DNA of 64,000 nucleotides from an uncultured virus (IMG/VR IMGVR_UViG_2643221868_000001) (Duplodnaviria; Heunggongvirae; Uroviricota; Caudoviricetes): IMG/VR virus record IMGVR_UViG_2643221868_000001, positions 1 to 64,000 of that record; one strand, 5' to 3'. Shown piece by piece: positions 51,043 to 59,445 of this stretch (position 1 is its first letter; each line of letters starts with the position of its first letter). The notes under the pieces were generated by a model. It saw only the letters and a program-made list of their open reading frames with translations, ran no database searches and was not told where the DNA came from. The position numbers and the translations under genes were made by a program.

Positions 51043-51312
51043 ATGGATTTCGATTGGCACGATGAGAAGTCGGAGACGAACAAGGCCGAGCGCGGCTTTG
51101 GTTTCGACTTCGCCGCGCTGATCTTCCTCGGTCGGACACTCCTCAAGACCGATGACCGCCAGGATTACGGCGAGGTTCGTGTGAACGCCCTCGGCGAGGT
51201 CGACGGCGATATCTACAATGTCACTTTCACGGATCGCGGCGACGTGCGTTGGATCATTTCCGCCCGCCGCGCCAATCGGAAGGAGCGCAAGCTATGGCAC
51301 GCGTCAGCCTAG
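51043..51312 (+). CDS. brnT: BrnT-family toxin (DUF497)
   Basis: FDWHDEKSETNK..RGFGF, DYGEVR, WIISARRANRKER motifs. Confidence 0.9.
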   Translation: MDFDWHDEKSETNKAERGFGFDFAALIFLGRTLLKTDDRQDYGEVRVNALGEVDGDIYNVTFTDRGDVRWIISARRANRKERKLWHASA

Positions 51313-51773
51313 ACTACCTCAAGGCGAACCGGCCCCAGGTCGATCAAGCCAAAATGGACGCTACCACGGAAGCGGATATCCGCCGGCACATGGTCGAAGA
51401 CGGCCACGAGCCGGACGCGGAACCCGTAGGCTATCGCGCCATGCCCTCGCCCGCCGATATCCGCGCACGGCTCGGCCTCACACAGGTTGCCTTCGCGAAT
51501 GCGCTAGGTGTGCCGGCGGCTACCCTTCGGAACTGGGAACAGGGACGAAAGCAGCCGGACCCGGCCGCTCGCTCGCTATTGACGATCTTCGACCGTGAAC
51601 CCGAAGCGGCGATGCGGGCGTTGGGGTTCGAAACAAAGCCGCCCTCGTTTCATGATGTCCTCGCCGAGATGGTCCGGGCAAGGAGTGTTGAGACTACGGT
51701 TGAGGATAAGGTCGGAATAGTGGTGGGTCAGTTGGAGGTACTTCTCGGGGTGCCGCCGGCCCACCACGAGTGA
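51294..51773 (+). CDS. XRE-HTH antitoxin
   Basis: Overlaps the toxin gene; IRARLGLTQVAFANALGVPAATLRNWEQGR. Confidence 0.8.
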   Translation: MARVSLDYLKANRPQVDQAKMDATTEADIRRHMVEDGHEPDAEPVGYRAMPSPADIRARLGLTQVAFANALGVPAATLRNWEQGRKQPDPAARSLLTIFDREPEAAMRALGFETKPPSFHDVLAEMVRARSVETTVEDKVGIVVGQLEVLLGVPPAHHE

Positions 51774-51949
51774 TCTCGACAACCGCACCCCGGCTGCTAA
51801 CCCTGCCGGGGCCTACGGCTTCCCCGTCGCCTTCTGGATGCCCGGCGGGAATTGTCGTGCACGCTTGCCATCCTCTCGCGGCAATCCACATTGTGAGAGG
51901 GCGGCAGCGAGTAGCGCCAGCTTTGCTCTACTGAGGTCGGGAGGATATT

Positions 51950-52189
51950 TTGAGCGAACAATCGGTCGAGAGCTTGAAGCTTATCAGACAGTATTTCGTC
52001 GCCAAAAGGCGGGATTGCGCAAGAATAGCGGTGGCAGATCTAAAACAAGGTATCCTTGCTGGCCAAATTAGTAAGGTTTTAGCGTATCAGAATGAAATCG
52101 AGACTATAGACAGAGCTATCGCTGATGAAGAGTCCGGTGAAAGCTCCCATCAGCCAGAAAGTATGAAAGGCCCTAGTAAGTCCCTCTAG
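51950..52189 (+). CDS. Small hypothetical protein
   Basis: GGAGGA RBS before TTG start. Confidence 0.45.
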   Translation: MSEQSVESLKLIRQYFVAKRRDCARIAVADLKQGILAGQISKVLAYQNEIETIDRAIADEESGESSHQPESMKGPSKSL

Positions 52190-52328
52190 CTGATGGGCTT
52201 CCCAATCTCGTTCGACCACACCCGCACGATGCGCGTGGTGATGCCGGCTCGGGTGAGGACAATCTACAAGCAGCAATGCCCTTACGAACCCGAGAATTCC
52301 TTATCCGAAAAATACATAGGAGGATTCG

Positions 52329-52538
52329 ATGGCATCGGAAAACCTGACCTTTTTGCAGACCCACGGCAATCGGAATATCTACCGATTCGATCTCCCTTTG
52401 CCGACCGGTTCGGAGGTTTTCACGGAATATAGAGGGCGGACCTTTATTGTACGCGGTGATGGCTCACATCTCGAGACCCCGCCGGTTGAGACTTTCGAAA
52501 CTGAGGAAGCCGCGCTGAAGTGGCTACACGACGCCTAG
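52329..52538 (+). CDS. Small hypothetical protein
   Basis: AGGAGG RBS; C-terminal FETEEAALKW. Confidence 0.5.
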   Translation: MASENLTFLQTHGNRNIYRFDLPLPTGSEVFTEYRGRTFIVRGDGSHLETPPVETFETEEAALKWLHDA

Positions 52539-52664
52539 AATGGCTTAGGGTACTCAGGGCGGCGCGAGTATGCGCCACGACTGACCGTTGCCTTGACACC
52601 ACAGACACCGGCTCGGGATTGCGGCATGAAAGTGCCGCAACTTTCTGATGCTCCGGATTTTCTG

Positions 52665-53069
52665 ATGCGCGCCCTCGCCACCCTCGCCGTGTGTTCGCTC
52701 GCCCTGGCCGGGTGCCAGTCTTCGCGGGAGCCCAACCTCACTGTGGCCTCCACGCAAAGCCACACGCTTTCGCCCGCCCAAGTTGGGATTGTGAAGGCGG
52801 TAGTGCTCGCCGATCTGAAAGACCCCTACTCCGCTCATTTCGGACGAATTCTATCGGCGAAAACTGCACTATCGAACGGCCTAAACGGCTATGTCGTGTG
52901 CGGTGAGGTCAACTCGAAAAACAGCTACGGCGGCTATGTTGGGATGTCGCCCTTCATCGGAGCGTTCAAGCCCGACGGCAAAGAGTTCAAAGTTGTGGCA
53001 ATGGGTGGCCCTGTCGTGATGACGGCAGAAGTCACAAAATATTGCGCCGAGGCCGGGATAACCTTTTAG
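52665..53069 (+). CDS. Lipoprotein
   Basis: Lipobox LAGC; LKDPYSAHF and VCGEVNSKNSYGGYVG motifs. Confidence 0.8.
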   Translation: MRALATLAVCSLALAGCQSSREPNLTVASTQSHTLSPAQVGIVKAVVLADLKDPYSAHFGRILSAKTALSNGLNGYVVCGEVNSKNSYGGYVGMSPFIGAFKPDGKEFKVVAMGGPVVMTAEVTKYCAEAGITF

Positions 53070-53076
53070 GCCGCGC

Positions 53077-53520
53077 CTATTCGCCGAACGGGTCCACTAG
53101 AAGCGATCCGGTCGCCGGGATGGACGAGCTGATGATGGCCGAACTGATGGCCGCGCCTGCCGATCCGGCCGCGACCGAAACCCCGAATGCGCCGGCGAAC
53201 CCGATCGCATAGTACTGGCCCGCCGCGACCGCCGCGACCGTGAGCGCGATGGTCAGGATGTTCTTGAGGGCGCCGTCGCCAGGAACCGGCTTGAGGACCA
53301 CCATCGTTCCGATCTTGGGGCGCACACAGTCCCACATGGCCGGCGGAACCTCGATATTGTCCACGAGGGCGCGAATGATCCCGGCACGCTCGGCCGGCAG
53401 GCCCGGATAGCTGCGAACCACCATTTCGCCGATAGTCGTCCTCTCCGGCACCATAAGTGCCCGCTTGGCGTGCGGGTTCATGACGCTATCGAACGCCAAG
53501 ACGGGGATCTCAGAAAGCAT
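53077..53520 (-). CDS. Short paralogue of the helper tail-tip N-terminus (gpI-like), 147 aa
   Basis: VRPKIGTMVVLKPVPGDGALKNILTIALTVAAVAAGQYYA matches helper VKPKPGMHVLIRVVPQGDVLKSVLTIALTVAAVAAGQYYA. Confidence 0.8.
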   Translation of the reverse strand: MLSEIPVLAFDSVMNPHAKRALMVPERTTIGEMVVRSYPGLPAERAGIIRALVDNIEVPPAMWDCVRPKIGTMVVLKPVPGDGALKNILTIALTVAAVAAGQYYAIGFAGAFGVSVAAGSAGAAISSAIISSSIPATGSLLVDPFGE

Positions 53521-53947
53521 TGCGGGTCTCCACTTCACGATGCCGGTAAACGCCTGTCAGGCGATGAACCCAAGGGTTCCGGCTGTAGTCGACGATGCCG
53601 CTGTACGCCTGCCCGGACGTGGCATGGAGCATCCGGCCGGGGGTCGCGCGGATGCCGACATGGGCGTCCAGAGCGCCAACCCGGAACACGAGGATGTCGA
53701 AGTCCTCGGCGTCCTCCGGCGCCTTCCTGATCCAGGGACCGGCGGCCGACGTGCTTTCGGCGAACACCGCCGCAACCTCGGCTTTCTCGGCAATGCAGGC
53801 GACCTGGGCGGCATAGTCGGGGACAGTGATGCCGAGGTACTCACGATAGACGAGGCACGCCAACCCCCAGCACGCGATACCATCGCGCGTGAGGCCGCGC
53901 TCCTGCCAAGGCAGGCCGACGTAGGGGGCGCTCCAATGCATTGCCAT
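53510..53947 (-). CDS. NlpC/P60 tail protein paralogue (Element 2)
   Basis: MHWSAPYVGLPW..GLTRDGIACWGL, highly similar to 19649..20101. Confidence 0.85.
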   Translation of the reverse strand: MAMHWSAPYVGLPWQERGLTRDGIACWGLACLVYREYLGITVPDYAAQVACIAEKAEVAAVFAESTSAAGPWIRKAPEDAEDFDILVFRVGALDAHVGIRATPGRMLHATSGQAYSGIVDYSRNPWVHRLTGVYRHREVETRNAF

Positions 53948-53949
53948 GC

Positions 53950-54462
53950 CTAGTTGAAAAGCGAGGGGAACCGGCTGGCGGTCATCCGCCCTTCGGGCCA
54001 CGGTTCGGAGGTGAAAGGCTCGCGGGATAGCTCTATGCCGACCTGCGCGGCGTCGTAGCTGGAAGCCACACCGCGCAAGCCTCGATAGCTGGTCTCAATG
54101 AAGTCAGGCGTCCCAGCGAGCACAACGAAAATGTCGGCACGCAAGTATGTCCCCGGAGTGATGCCCCGCAGAACAGCCGCCATATCTTTTGAAATGTTCT
54201 CGAACACAAGCCTCGTCTTCGGTGGCGCATTTTCCTGGTCGTCAGGCATAATCGCGCCGACCATCAGATAAATATAGTCCTCGCCAGCGTGCTTAGTGCC
54301 GTAGACCATAGGCTCAATTGAGAGGCGGACGGTCGGATCGCTTGATATACGAACGGGCTTTTCCAGACTCGGATGATAGATCGTCACGAGCATGATTGGC
54401 GTCTCTGCCGTACTAGGGGCATTCGCCCCCACGCGAGCATTGAGCGAGATTAGGCGGCCCAT
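53950..54462 (-). CDS. DUF1833-like tail protein paralogue (Element 2)
   Basis: SSDPTVRLSIEP.VYGTKHAG and SREPFTSEPWP.GRMT.SRFPSLF shared with 20246..20758. Confidence 0.85.
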   Translation of the reverse strand: MGRLISLNARVGANAPSTAETPIMLVTIYHPSLEKPVRISSDPTVRLSIEPMVYGTKHAGEDYIYLMVGAIMPDDQENAPPKTRLVFENISKDMAAVLRGITPGTYLRADIFVVLAGTPDFIETSYRGLRGVASSYDAAQVGIELSREPFTSEPWPEGRMTASRFPSLFN

Positions 54463-55106
54463 ACGACGCGCTCCCCTTCCTGAAAGTCCGGGGTCTGTTC
54501 CCACCGGTGGATGAGCCGGGTACGGATGTCCCAGTGCGATATCGTGGTGAGTTGCGCGAAGGCGCCGATCCCGTGCGCCGGGTTACGCCTCTGAAGGTCC
54601 AGCAGCCGCACGCTGTCCGTCATAGGGTCGAAGTCCTCCAAAGCCTCGCGGCTCGAAACGATCTCGTGCACTCCCTCGACTACATCCGGCCCGGCCGGGT
54701 GCATGGCGATGTCCTCGACCGTCTGGATTTCCCATGGGAGCGGAATGCGCTCGTCGTCGTGGAACACGAAAGCGTCGAGGCCCGTGGTCTCAGACCTTCC
54801 GGCCACGGCGATGAGCCAGCGAGGGTCCGGCATTCGGTCCATCAGCGGCTTAGCCCGGTCGATGGCTGTCCGCACCGTGTCGAGGATCGTCGCCTTCAAC
54901 TCGTCGTAGCTCGTCGCGCTGAGCGCGATTTCCTGAAACAGGATCGGGGCCAGCAATTGCGGCCCGGCCGCCGCGATGACCGCGTGAAGGTGCGGCATCT
55001 GCCAGACCTTCGGGCATGAGCCGGCGAAATGGCCGCCCTGGAACGCAGCGCCGTCCGTGATGACGTAGACGTATTCGGATTGCTTCACGACATTGATGGC
55101 TGTCAC
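54450..55106 (-). CDS. Putative Ntn-hydrolase / proteasome-beta-like protein
   Basis: GTG start gives an N-terminal Thr (TAINV..VITDG..PKV..AAAG). Confidence 0.45.
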   Translation of the reverse strand: MTAINVVKQSEYVYVITDGAAFQGGHFAGSCPKVWQMPHLHAVIAAAGPQLLAPILFQEIALSATSYDELKATILDTVRTAIDRAKPLMDRMPDPRWLIAVAGRSETTGLDAFVFHDDERIPLPWEIQTVEDIAMHPAGPDVVEGVHEIVSSREALEDFDPMTDSVRLLDLQRRNPAHGIGAFAQLTTISHWDIRTRLIHRWEQTPDFQEGERVVWAA

Positions 55107-55247
55107 GGATCGCCCTGCCCTATCGGGTGGATGGAATCGCCGGCCGCGCACCAGGAATGGGATGCCGCCGGCTGTCGGGGTTGTTTCGGACACTCGCCGA
55201 CTTGTCCGCCGCCGGACTGACCCGCATTTGCGGACCCGGCAGTCGCG

Positions 55248-55478
55248 TTACGCGGGGCGCTGGCGCCGTCCGCGTGATTTTTGAGCCTCCGGCTCCGGTT
55301 CCGCCGGGGCGGGCTCCGGCGCCGCCTCTGGCGCAGCCTCCTCGAAGGTCACGAGGCCATTGCCCCGCAACTCCACGGCCCGCGAGCGGGAGACCGGATA
55401 GGGCTGGTCGGTCGCCTGTTTCAGGTCCGAACCTTCGAGATAGGTCCGAACCGGCTGGACGATCACGTCATCCGTCAT
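55248..55478 (-). CDS. Small post-capsid protein (Element 2)
   Basis: Near-identical to 36920..37150. Confidence 0.75.
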   Translation of the reverse strand: MTDDVIVQPVRTYLEGSDLKQATDQPYPVSRSRAVELRGNGLVTFEEAAPEAAPEPAPAEPEPEAQKSRGRRQRPA

Positions 55479-55487
55479 GATCGCCCC

Positions 55488-56705
55488 TTACGCCAGCGAG
55501 GCGGTGAGGCTGCCGGTGACGAAGGAGGCCGGACGCTTCACGGTGAAGGCCAGGCGCTCCTCGGCACGCAGGGTGATGAGGTTGCGGCGGAAGTTGTCGC
55601 CGTCTTCCGACGATGCCAGCACCTCGACGCCCATCCGGTCGAAGATCTGCGCCTGCGTCTTGAACGGGCCAACGAGGAAGGTGCCCTTCGGCATCCGGTT
55701 CGTCGTCGCCACCGGCGTTTGCCAGATCCGCTGAAGAACGGACGCCTCAAACGGCGAGTTGCCGATGTAGCGGCCCTGAGTGTCCTTCATGGCCTGAAGC
55801 ATCCGCCAATCGACGGCGTTCAGCACCATGCCGTCCACCTTCCAGTTCAGCGCTTCCACCTGAGCGATGGCCTGGATGAGCACGTCGAGCGGCGAGCCCA
55901 TCGCGTTCGTCCACTGCTTCGCGAACGCACTAGCCTGCGGCACGATGCCGAGAAGGTTCTGACCCGTGCCGTCGCCGAACAGAAGCTGTGCGTCCTCAAC
56001 GTCGGCGAGGCCGTTGCGGGCTTCGGCATCGATGGTCGCGGCGAGCGCCGGGGCATCGTCGATGATCTGCCGGCTGGCGAGGAAGTAGTGCGCCAGTGTG
56101 CGAACCGGTGCCGTCACCTCCTCGAAGGCCATGTCCGACTGAGGCTTGAGCGCACCCTCGGCGACCATCGCCGCGTTGTTCGTGCGGCCGGTCATGCGAG
56201 GATAGCTGACCGCGTTCGACTCGGTCGTGCCGGCCGCCACCAGATCGCGTACCGTCAGCGTGTTCCAGGGCATCAGCGACAGGTCGGAGACGCGACGGTC
56301 TACCGGCACCAGGGAGCCGCCAGAGCCGGACACGCTGGTGATGTTCTTGTGTTCGCCTTCGGTCGAGGCCACCTCGGCGCGGAACTTCAGGCCCTGCCGA
56401 TCGCGGGATCCCTGGAAGCCCTTGTACTCATCGGACTCGACAAAGCGCTGACCCCAGCTCTTCGTGGCGATGCCGCCGCCGCGACCGCCGCGGGCCGCCT
56501 TCTGTTCCACGTCCGATAGGCGGGCGTTCGTCTCGGTGGCGAAGCGTGACACCTCCCCGAACTTCTCCTTCACCATCGTCGCGATGGCGCTGATGTCGCC
56601 CCCCTGAGAGTCAGGCGGAGCCAGAGCGACACGGATGCCGCCGATGTTGCAGGATGCCAGGAAAGCGGCCGAGCCGGCGCCAACAGAGCGAATGAGTTTG
56701 GTCAT
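55488..56705 (-). CDS. HK97-family major capsid protein (Element 2)
   Basis: Same motifs as 37162..38433; C-terminal two-thirds almost identical to it. Confidence 0.92.
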   Translation of the reverse strand: MTKLIRSVGAGSAAFLASCNIGGIRVALAPPDSQGGDISAIATMVKEKFGEVSRFATETNARLSDVEQKAARGGRGGGIATKSWGQRFVESDEYKGFQGSRDRQGLKFRAEVASTEGEHKNITSVSGSGGSLVPVDRRVSDLSLMPWNTLTVRDLVAAGTTESNAVSYPRMTGRTNNAAMVAEGALKPQSDMAFEEVTAPVRTLAHYFLASRQIIDDAPALAATIDAEARNGLADVEDAQLLFGDGTGQNLLGIVPQASAFAKQWTNAMGSPLDVLIQAIAQVEALNWKVDGMVLNAVDWRMLQAMKDTQGRYIGNSPFEASVLQRIWQTPVATTNRMPKGTFLVGPFKTQAQIFDRMGVEVLASSEDGDNFRRNLITLRAEERLAFTVKRPASFVTGSLTASLA

Positions 56706-56984
56706 GTGTCCTCACTTCCAGGCGCAGCACACGGCGAGAGCCTGCAATGGTTGGGTTCCGTCTGGCTCGTGCTGAGACGATCACCGCGACGGGCGACAAA
56801 ACGAGAGCCTGAGGCCCTTCCAGTTCTGCCCTGCCACTCCCTCATCCCGAGGGCCGCGATAGGTGCCGCCCGCTGGTGCTAGGCGGCCATCACGCGCATC
56901 TCATCCCAAGACCCGCGCAAGCAAATTACAACTAAACCGCACGATAGGTTGCGTCAATCCGTGCAGCCAAACCAATAAGCGGAA

Positions 56985-57278
56985 TCAATGGCTAGCGGCG
57001 CCGAGGCCGTTGCGGCGGAGAGCGACTTTGCTTTGAAGTTCAGGGCTCGCTTCGGCGAGCTTGGTCCCCACGGTGAGGAGCCGCGTCGCCGTTCGCCCGA
57101 TCCCTTCAAGATCGAGGCACAGTGCCGTGGCAGTCGCCATAGCCGCCTCCACGACCTCAACCGGCGGAACCCCTTCCTCAATCATTCGACGCAGCACGTC
57201 CCTGACTTCGGCGTGGACCGGCTCGGCGGTCAGGTCTTCGTTCAGAGAGGCGTAAGTGTCTCGCATGGTCGGATCCAA
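56985..57278 (-). CDS. Conserved satellite protein, homologous to 39323..39607
   Basis: YASLNEDL..EP and SPELQ. Confidence 0.7.
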   Translation of the reverse strand: MDPTMRDTYASLNEDLTAEPVHAEVRDVLRRMIEEGVPPVEVVEAAMATATALCLDLEGIGRTATRLLTVGTKLAEASPELQSKVALRRNGLGAASH

Positions 57279-57565
57279 TCTTTGTCGGAAGGGGGGGGGC
57301 GGGGGGGGGCAGCACCCCCAAGGAGTGAGGCGCTTTCCGCAGCACTCCGCACGTCGGATGGTGCGGATTTCAAAGGGGTTTCATAGGGACGCGAAGTGGC
57401 AGCAAACCTTGTGCGATCTTAGCATCGGCTAACTTTAAGCATGGCGGCTAAGATGCTGTGCCCGAATTGATTTCGGCGCTCTGCCCGAACCGATTTCGAG
57501 GAAAAAAATCAGCATTTCCTCAGGGCCTTACGTGCGGACTCCGCACGCCACACCAACCGTCCAGG

Positions 57566-57637
57566 GGAAAAAAATCTGCGAATGCGATCCCATGCGATGC
57601 AGGCCCCTTAGGGCTGTAGAGTTTCGAGGTGCCCCCC
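57566..57637 (-). other. cos-like packaging region (Element 2)
   Basis: AAAAAATCTGCG..TGCGATCC..TGCGATGC..GGCCC(C)TTAGGGC..GAGTTT..CCCCCC matches 40290-40360. Confidence 0.55.
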
Positions 57638-57738
57638 TGCCTCCCTCAGGGCCAAGCGCTGCGGACTAAAACAGCTTCGGTGCTTGTGTTAGAAACCGTG
57701 GAGCTATGCCGCATTGGACGCGCTAGCGGAGGCCATCC

Positions 57739-58221
57739 TTGCACAAGTACCTTGCTGTACTAAGAACTGTGGCGCTCACCGTGGTAGCATTCGCTGCCGG
57801 CGCTGTTTTGTTCACGGACAACCTGTCAAAGCTCTACGATGCGACACAAAGAGTTTTAAACCCAGTTGGTGAGCCGTCAGATATTGTCTTACGAGATCCG
57901 TCGCCCATTTTTCTGGGAAGGTCTCGCTCTATTGAGGGGAAGGTAAGCGATACAGTTGCTGTTATTGCGGAATTCATCATAACAAAGAAGTCGGAACCAG
58001 AAATTGAAAACTGTGAAATCTTGTTCATCTTGGGGGATAGGTCGTACAAGGACAACGATAGATATATGGCTTTATCAAAGGGCAAGTTCGATAGAACGAT
58101 TTCCGGATTTTTCACTTTCGATAAACAGAGTTATTCGAAGCAACTGAAAGTTCGGATTGAATGCTCTAATGCAGTCACAGGGTGGCTGGCGCTGCAAATG
58201 CCAAAGCTGCCACTGAAATGA
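57739..58221 (+). CDS. Cargo membrane-anchored hypothetical protein
   Basis: GGAGG RBS; N-terminal TM segment; AT-rich. Confidence 0.65.
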   Translation: MHKYLAVLRTVALTVVAFAAGAVLFTDNLSKLYDATQRVLNPVGEPSDIVLRDPSPIFLGRSRSIEGKVSDTVAVIAEFIITKKSEPEIENCEILFILGDRSYKDNDRYMALSKGKFDRTISGFFTFDKQSYSKQLKVRIECSNAVTGWLALQMPKLPLK

Positions 58222-58264
58222 GCCCCGCGCGCATCGCGCATGTAGATAAAACAGGCGCATAGGG

Positions 58265-58579
58265 CTAGCGAAGTCCATGCCGCCTCGCCCTCGCATCCGC
58301 CGTCTTCGTCGTGTGGCATGAGCCGCACCGCAGCCGGACATTCGCCTCGTCCAGGCCGAGGCCGCCGTCGCTGATCTCCACCACATGATCGCAGTAGATG
58401 CGGGTTCCTGTGCGTCCGCAGTCCTCGCACTTGCGGCCTCGGGTTCGGAGGAGCCGGTTACGAAGCTCTCGCCATTCCGGCGTGCTGTAGAATGGCTGGC
58501 CGGGCTCGGTTCCCCGGCTCACTGTTATGCGGGGTGCGAGGGTGCGCAGCTGTGGCTTGAGGGTGGTGAGGCGAGCCAT
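58265..58579 (-). CDS. HNH endonuclease (Element 2)
   Basis: Near-identical to 41252..41566. Confidence 0.9.
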   Translation of the reverse strand: MARLTTLKPQLRTLAPRITVSRGTEPGQPFYSTPEWRELRNRLLRTRGRKCEDCGRTGTRIYCDHVVEISDGGLGLDEANVRLRCGSCHTTKTADARARRHGLR

Positions 58580-58714
58580 GGAAGAGACCTTATCTGAAGA
58601 TCATTATTGGCTGGTGAAAGGCGTCGCCGACCGTTGGTTTCTGCTTCCTCTGGCAAGAACGTCGCGGCGGTCGTATGCCAACTAGTAGGCGCACGGCGAT
58701 GGGCTGCGTCGAGC

Positions 58715-59428
58715 ATGGATCGGCAGATGGGCGAGAAAAAACAAAAAGCTGCTTGGGCTCGGCCTAATGCTGAAATTGTGGAGGCGTTGACACACCAAGT
58801 TGGTTTCATGCGCTCATCATGTCGGGCGTACGACAAAGGTTCTTTGCAGGAAGCTCAGCGCCTTGCGTCGGCTGTATACATAATCGTCGTAGACGGCGGC
58901 CAGAGAAGTCTCCTGACGCAATTGTCTGCTCGTAGAGACTTGCAGTTTTTTGACTCAACATACGCAGACGATCCGAGAAATCTAAGTGAATATATGCCAA
59001 TGATATTAATGCGTGTGGGTGGGTTGAACGAGAAAGGAGATATTGATTGCAAATATGTCCCTGTCGTAAATGGCCCTATGACGTCGGGCGAGAATGTCAA
59101 ATTCGTTGATTGGTGGGAGAGGCGAATAATATTTGATGATAAACGTGGAAACGCCTTGACAAGAAGGAGTATTGTTCGGGCGCTAAGGAGCCAGGACGGG
59201 GGTAGTCATTTCGACGAGCACCTTACAGACCCGGCGTATGTTGCATTGTCGCGAGAGAATGCCCCGGGTTGGGGATTTGGCGTAGATGGTGACATCAGCA
59301 CTCCTTTCCCCCCCGGTGCGCATCTCGCCATGATGCGTGTCATAGCCTGGGAGCTAGAGAAAACACTGGTAGATGGTCAGTTGCTGAAGGGGCCGGTCGA
59401 GACCGGAACGTTTCCTGCTCCCGAATAG
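58715..59428 (+). CDS. Cargo hypothetical protein
   Basis: SCRAYDKG..EAQRLA, FVDWW, RSQDGGSHFD segments; lower GC. Confidence 0.65.
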   Translation: MDRQMGEKKQKAAWARPNAEIVEALTHQVGFMRSSCRAYDKGSLQEAQRLASAVYIIVVDGGQRSLLTQLSARRDLQFFDSTYADDPRNLSEYMPMILMRVGGLNEKGDIDCKYVPVVNGPMTSGENVKFVDWWERRIIFDDKRGNALTRRSIVRALRSQDGGSHFDEHLTDPAYVALSRENAPGWGFGVDGDISTPFPPGAHLAMMRVIAWELEKTLVDGQLLKGPVETGTFPAPE

Positions 59429-59445
59429 GCGTCGCATCACCTTGC

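Noticed and set aside
37162-56705. Duplicated capsid genes as a diversity-generating retroelement or assembly duplication
   Set aside because: No reverse transcriptase; differences are scattered, mostly synonymous and not adenine-specific; flanking genes differ.
57290-57320. G-run pair as a functional G-quadruplex or phase-variation tract
   Set aside because: Homopolymer in a degenerate intergenic region; could be a sequencing artefact and has no supporting context.
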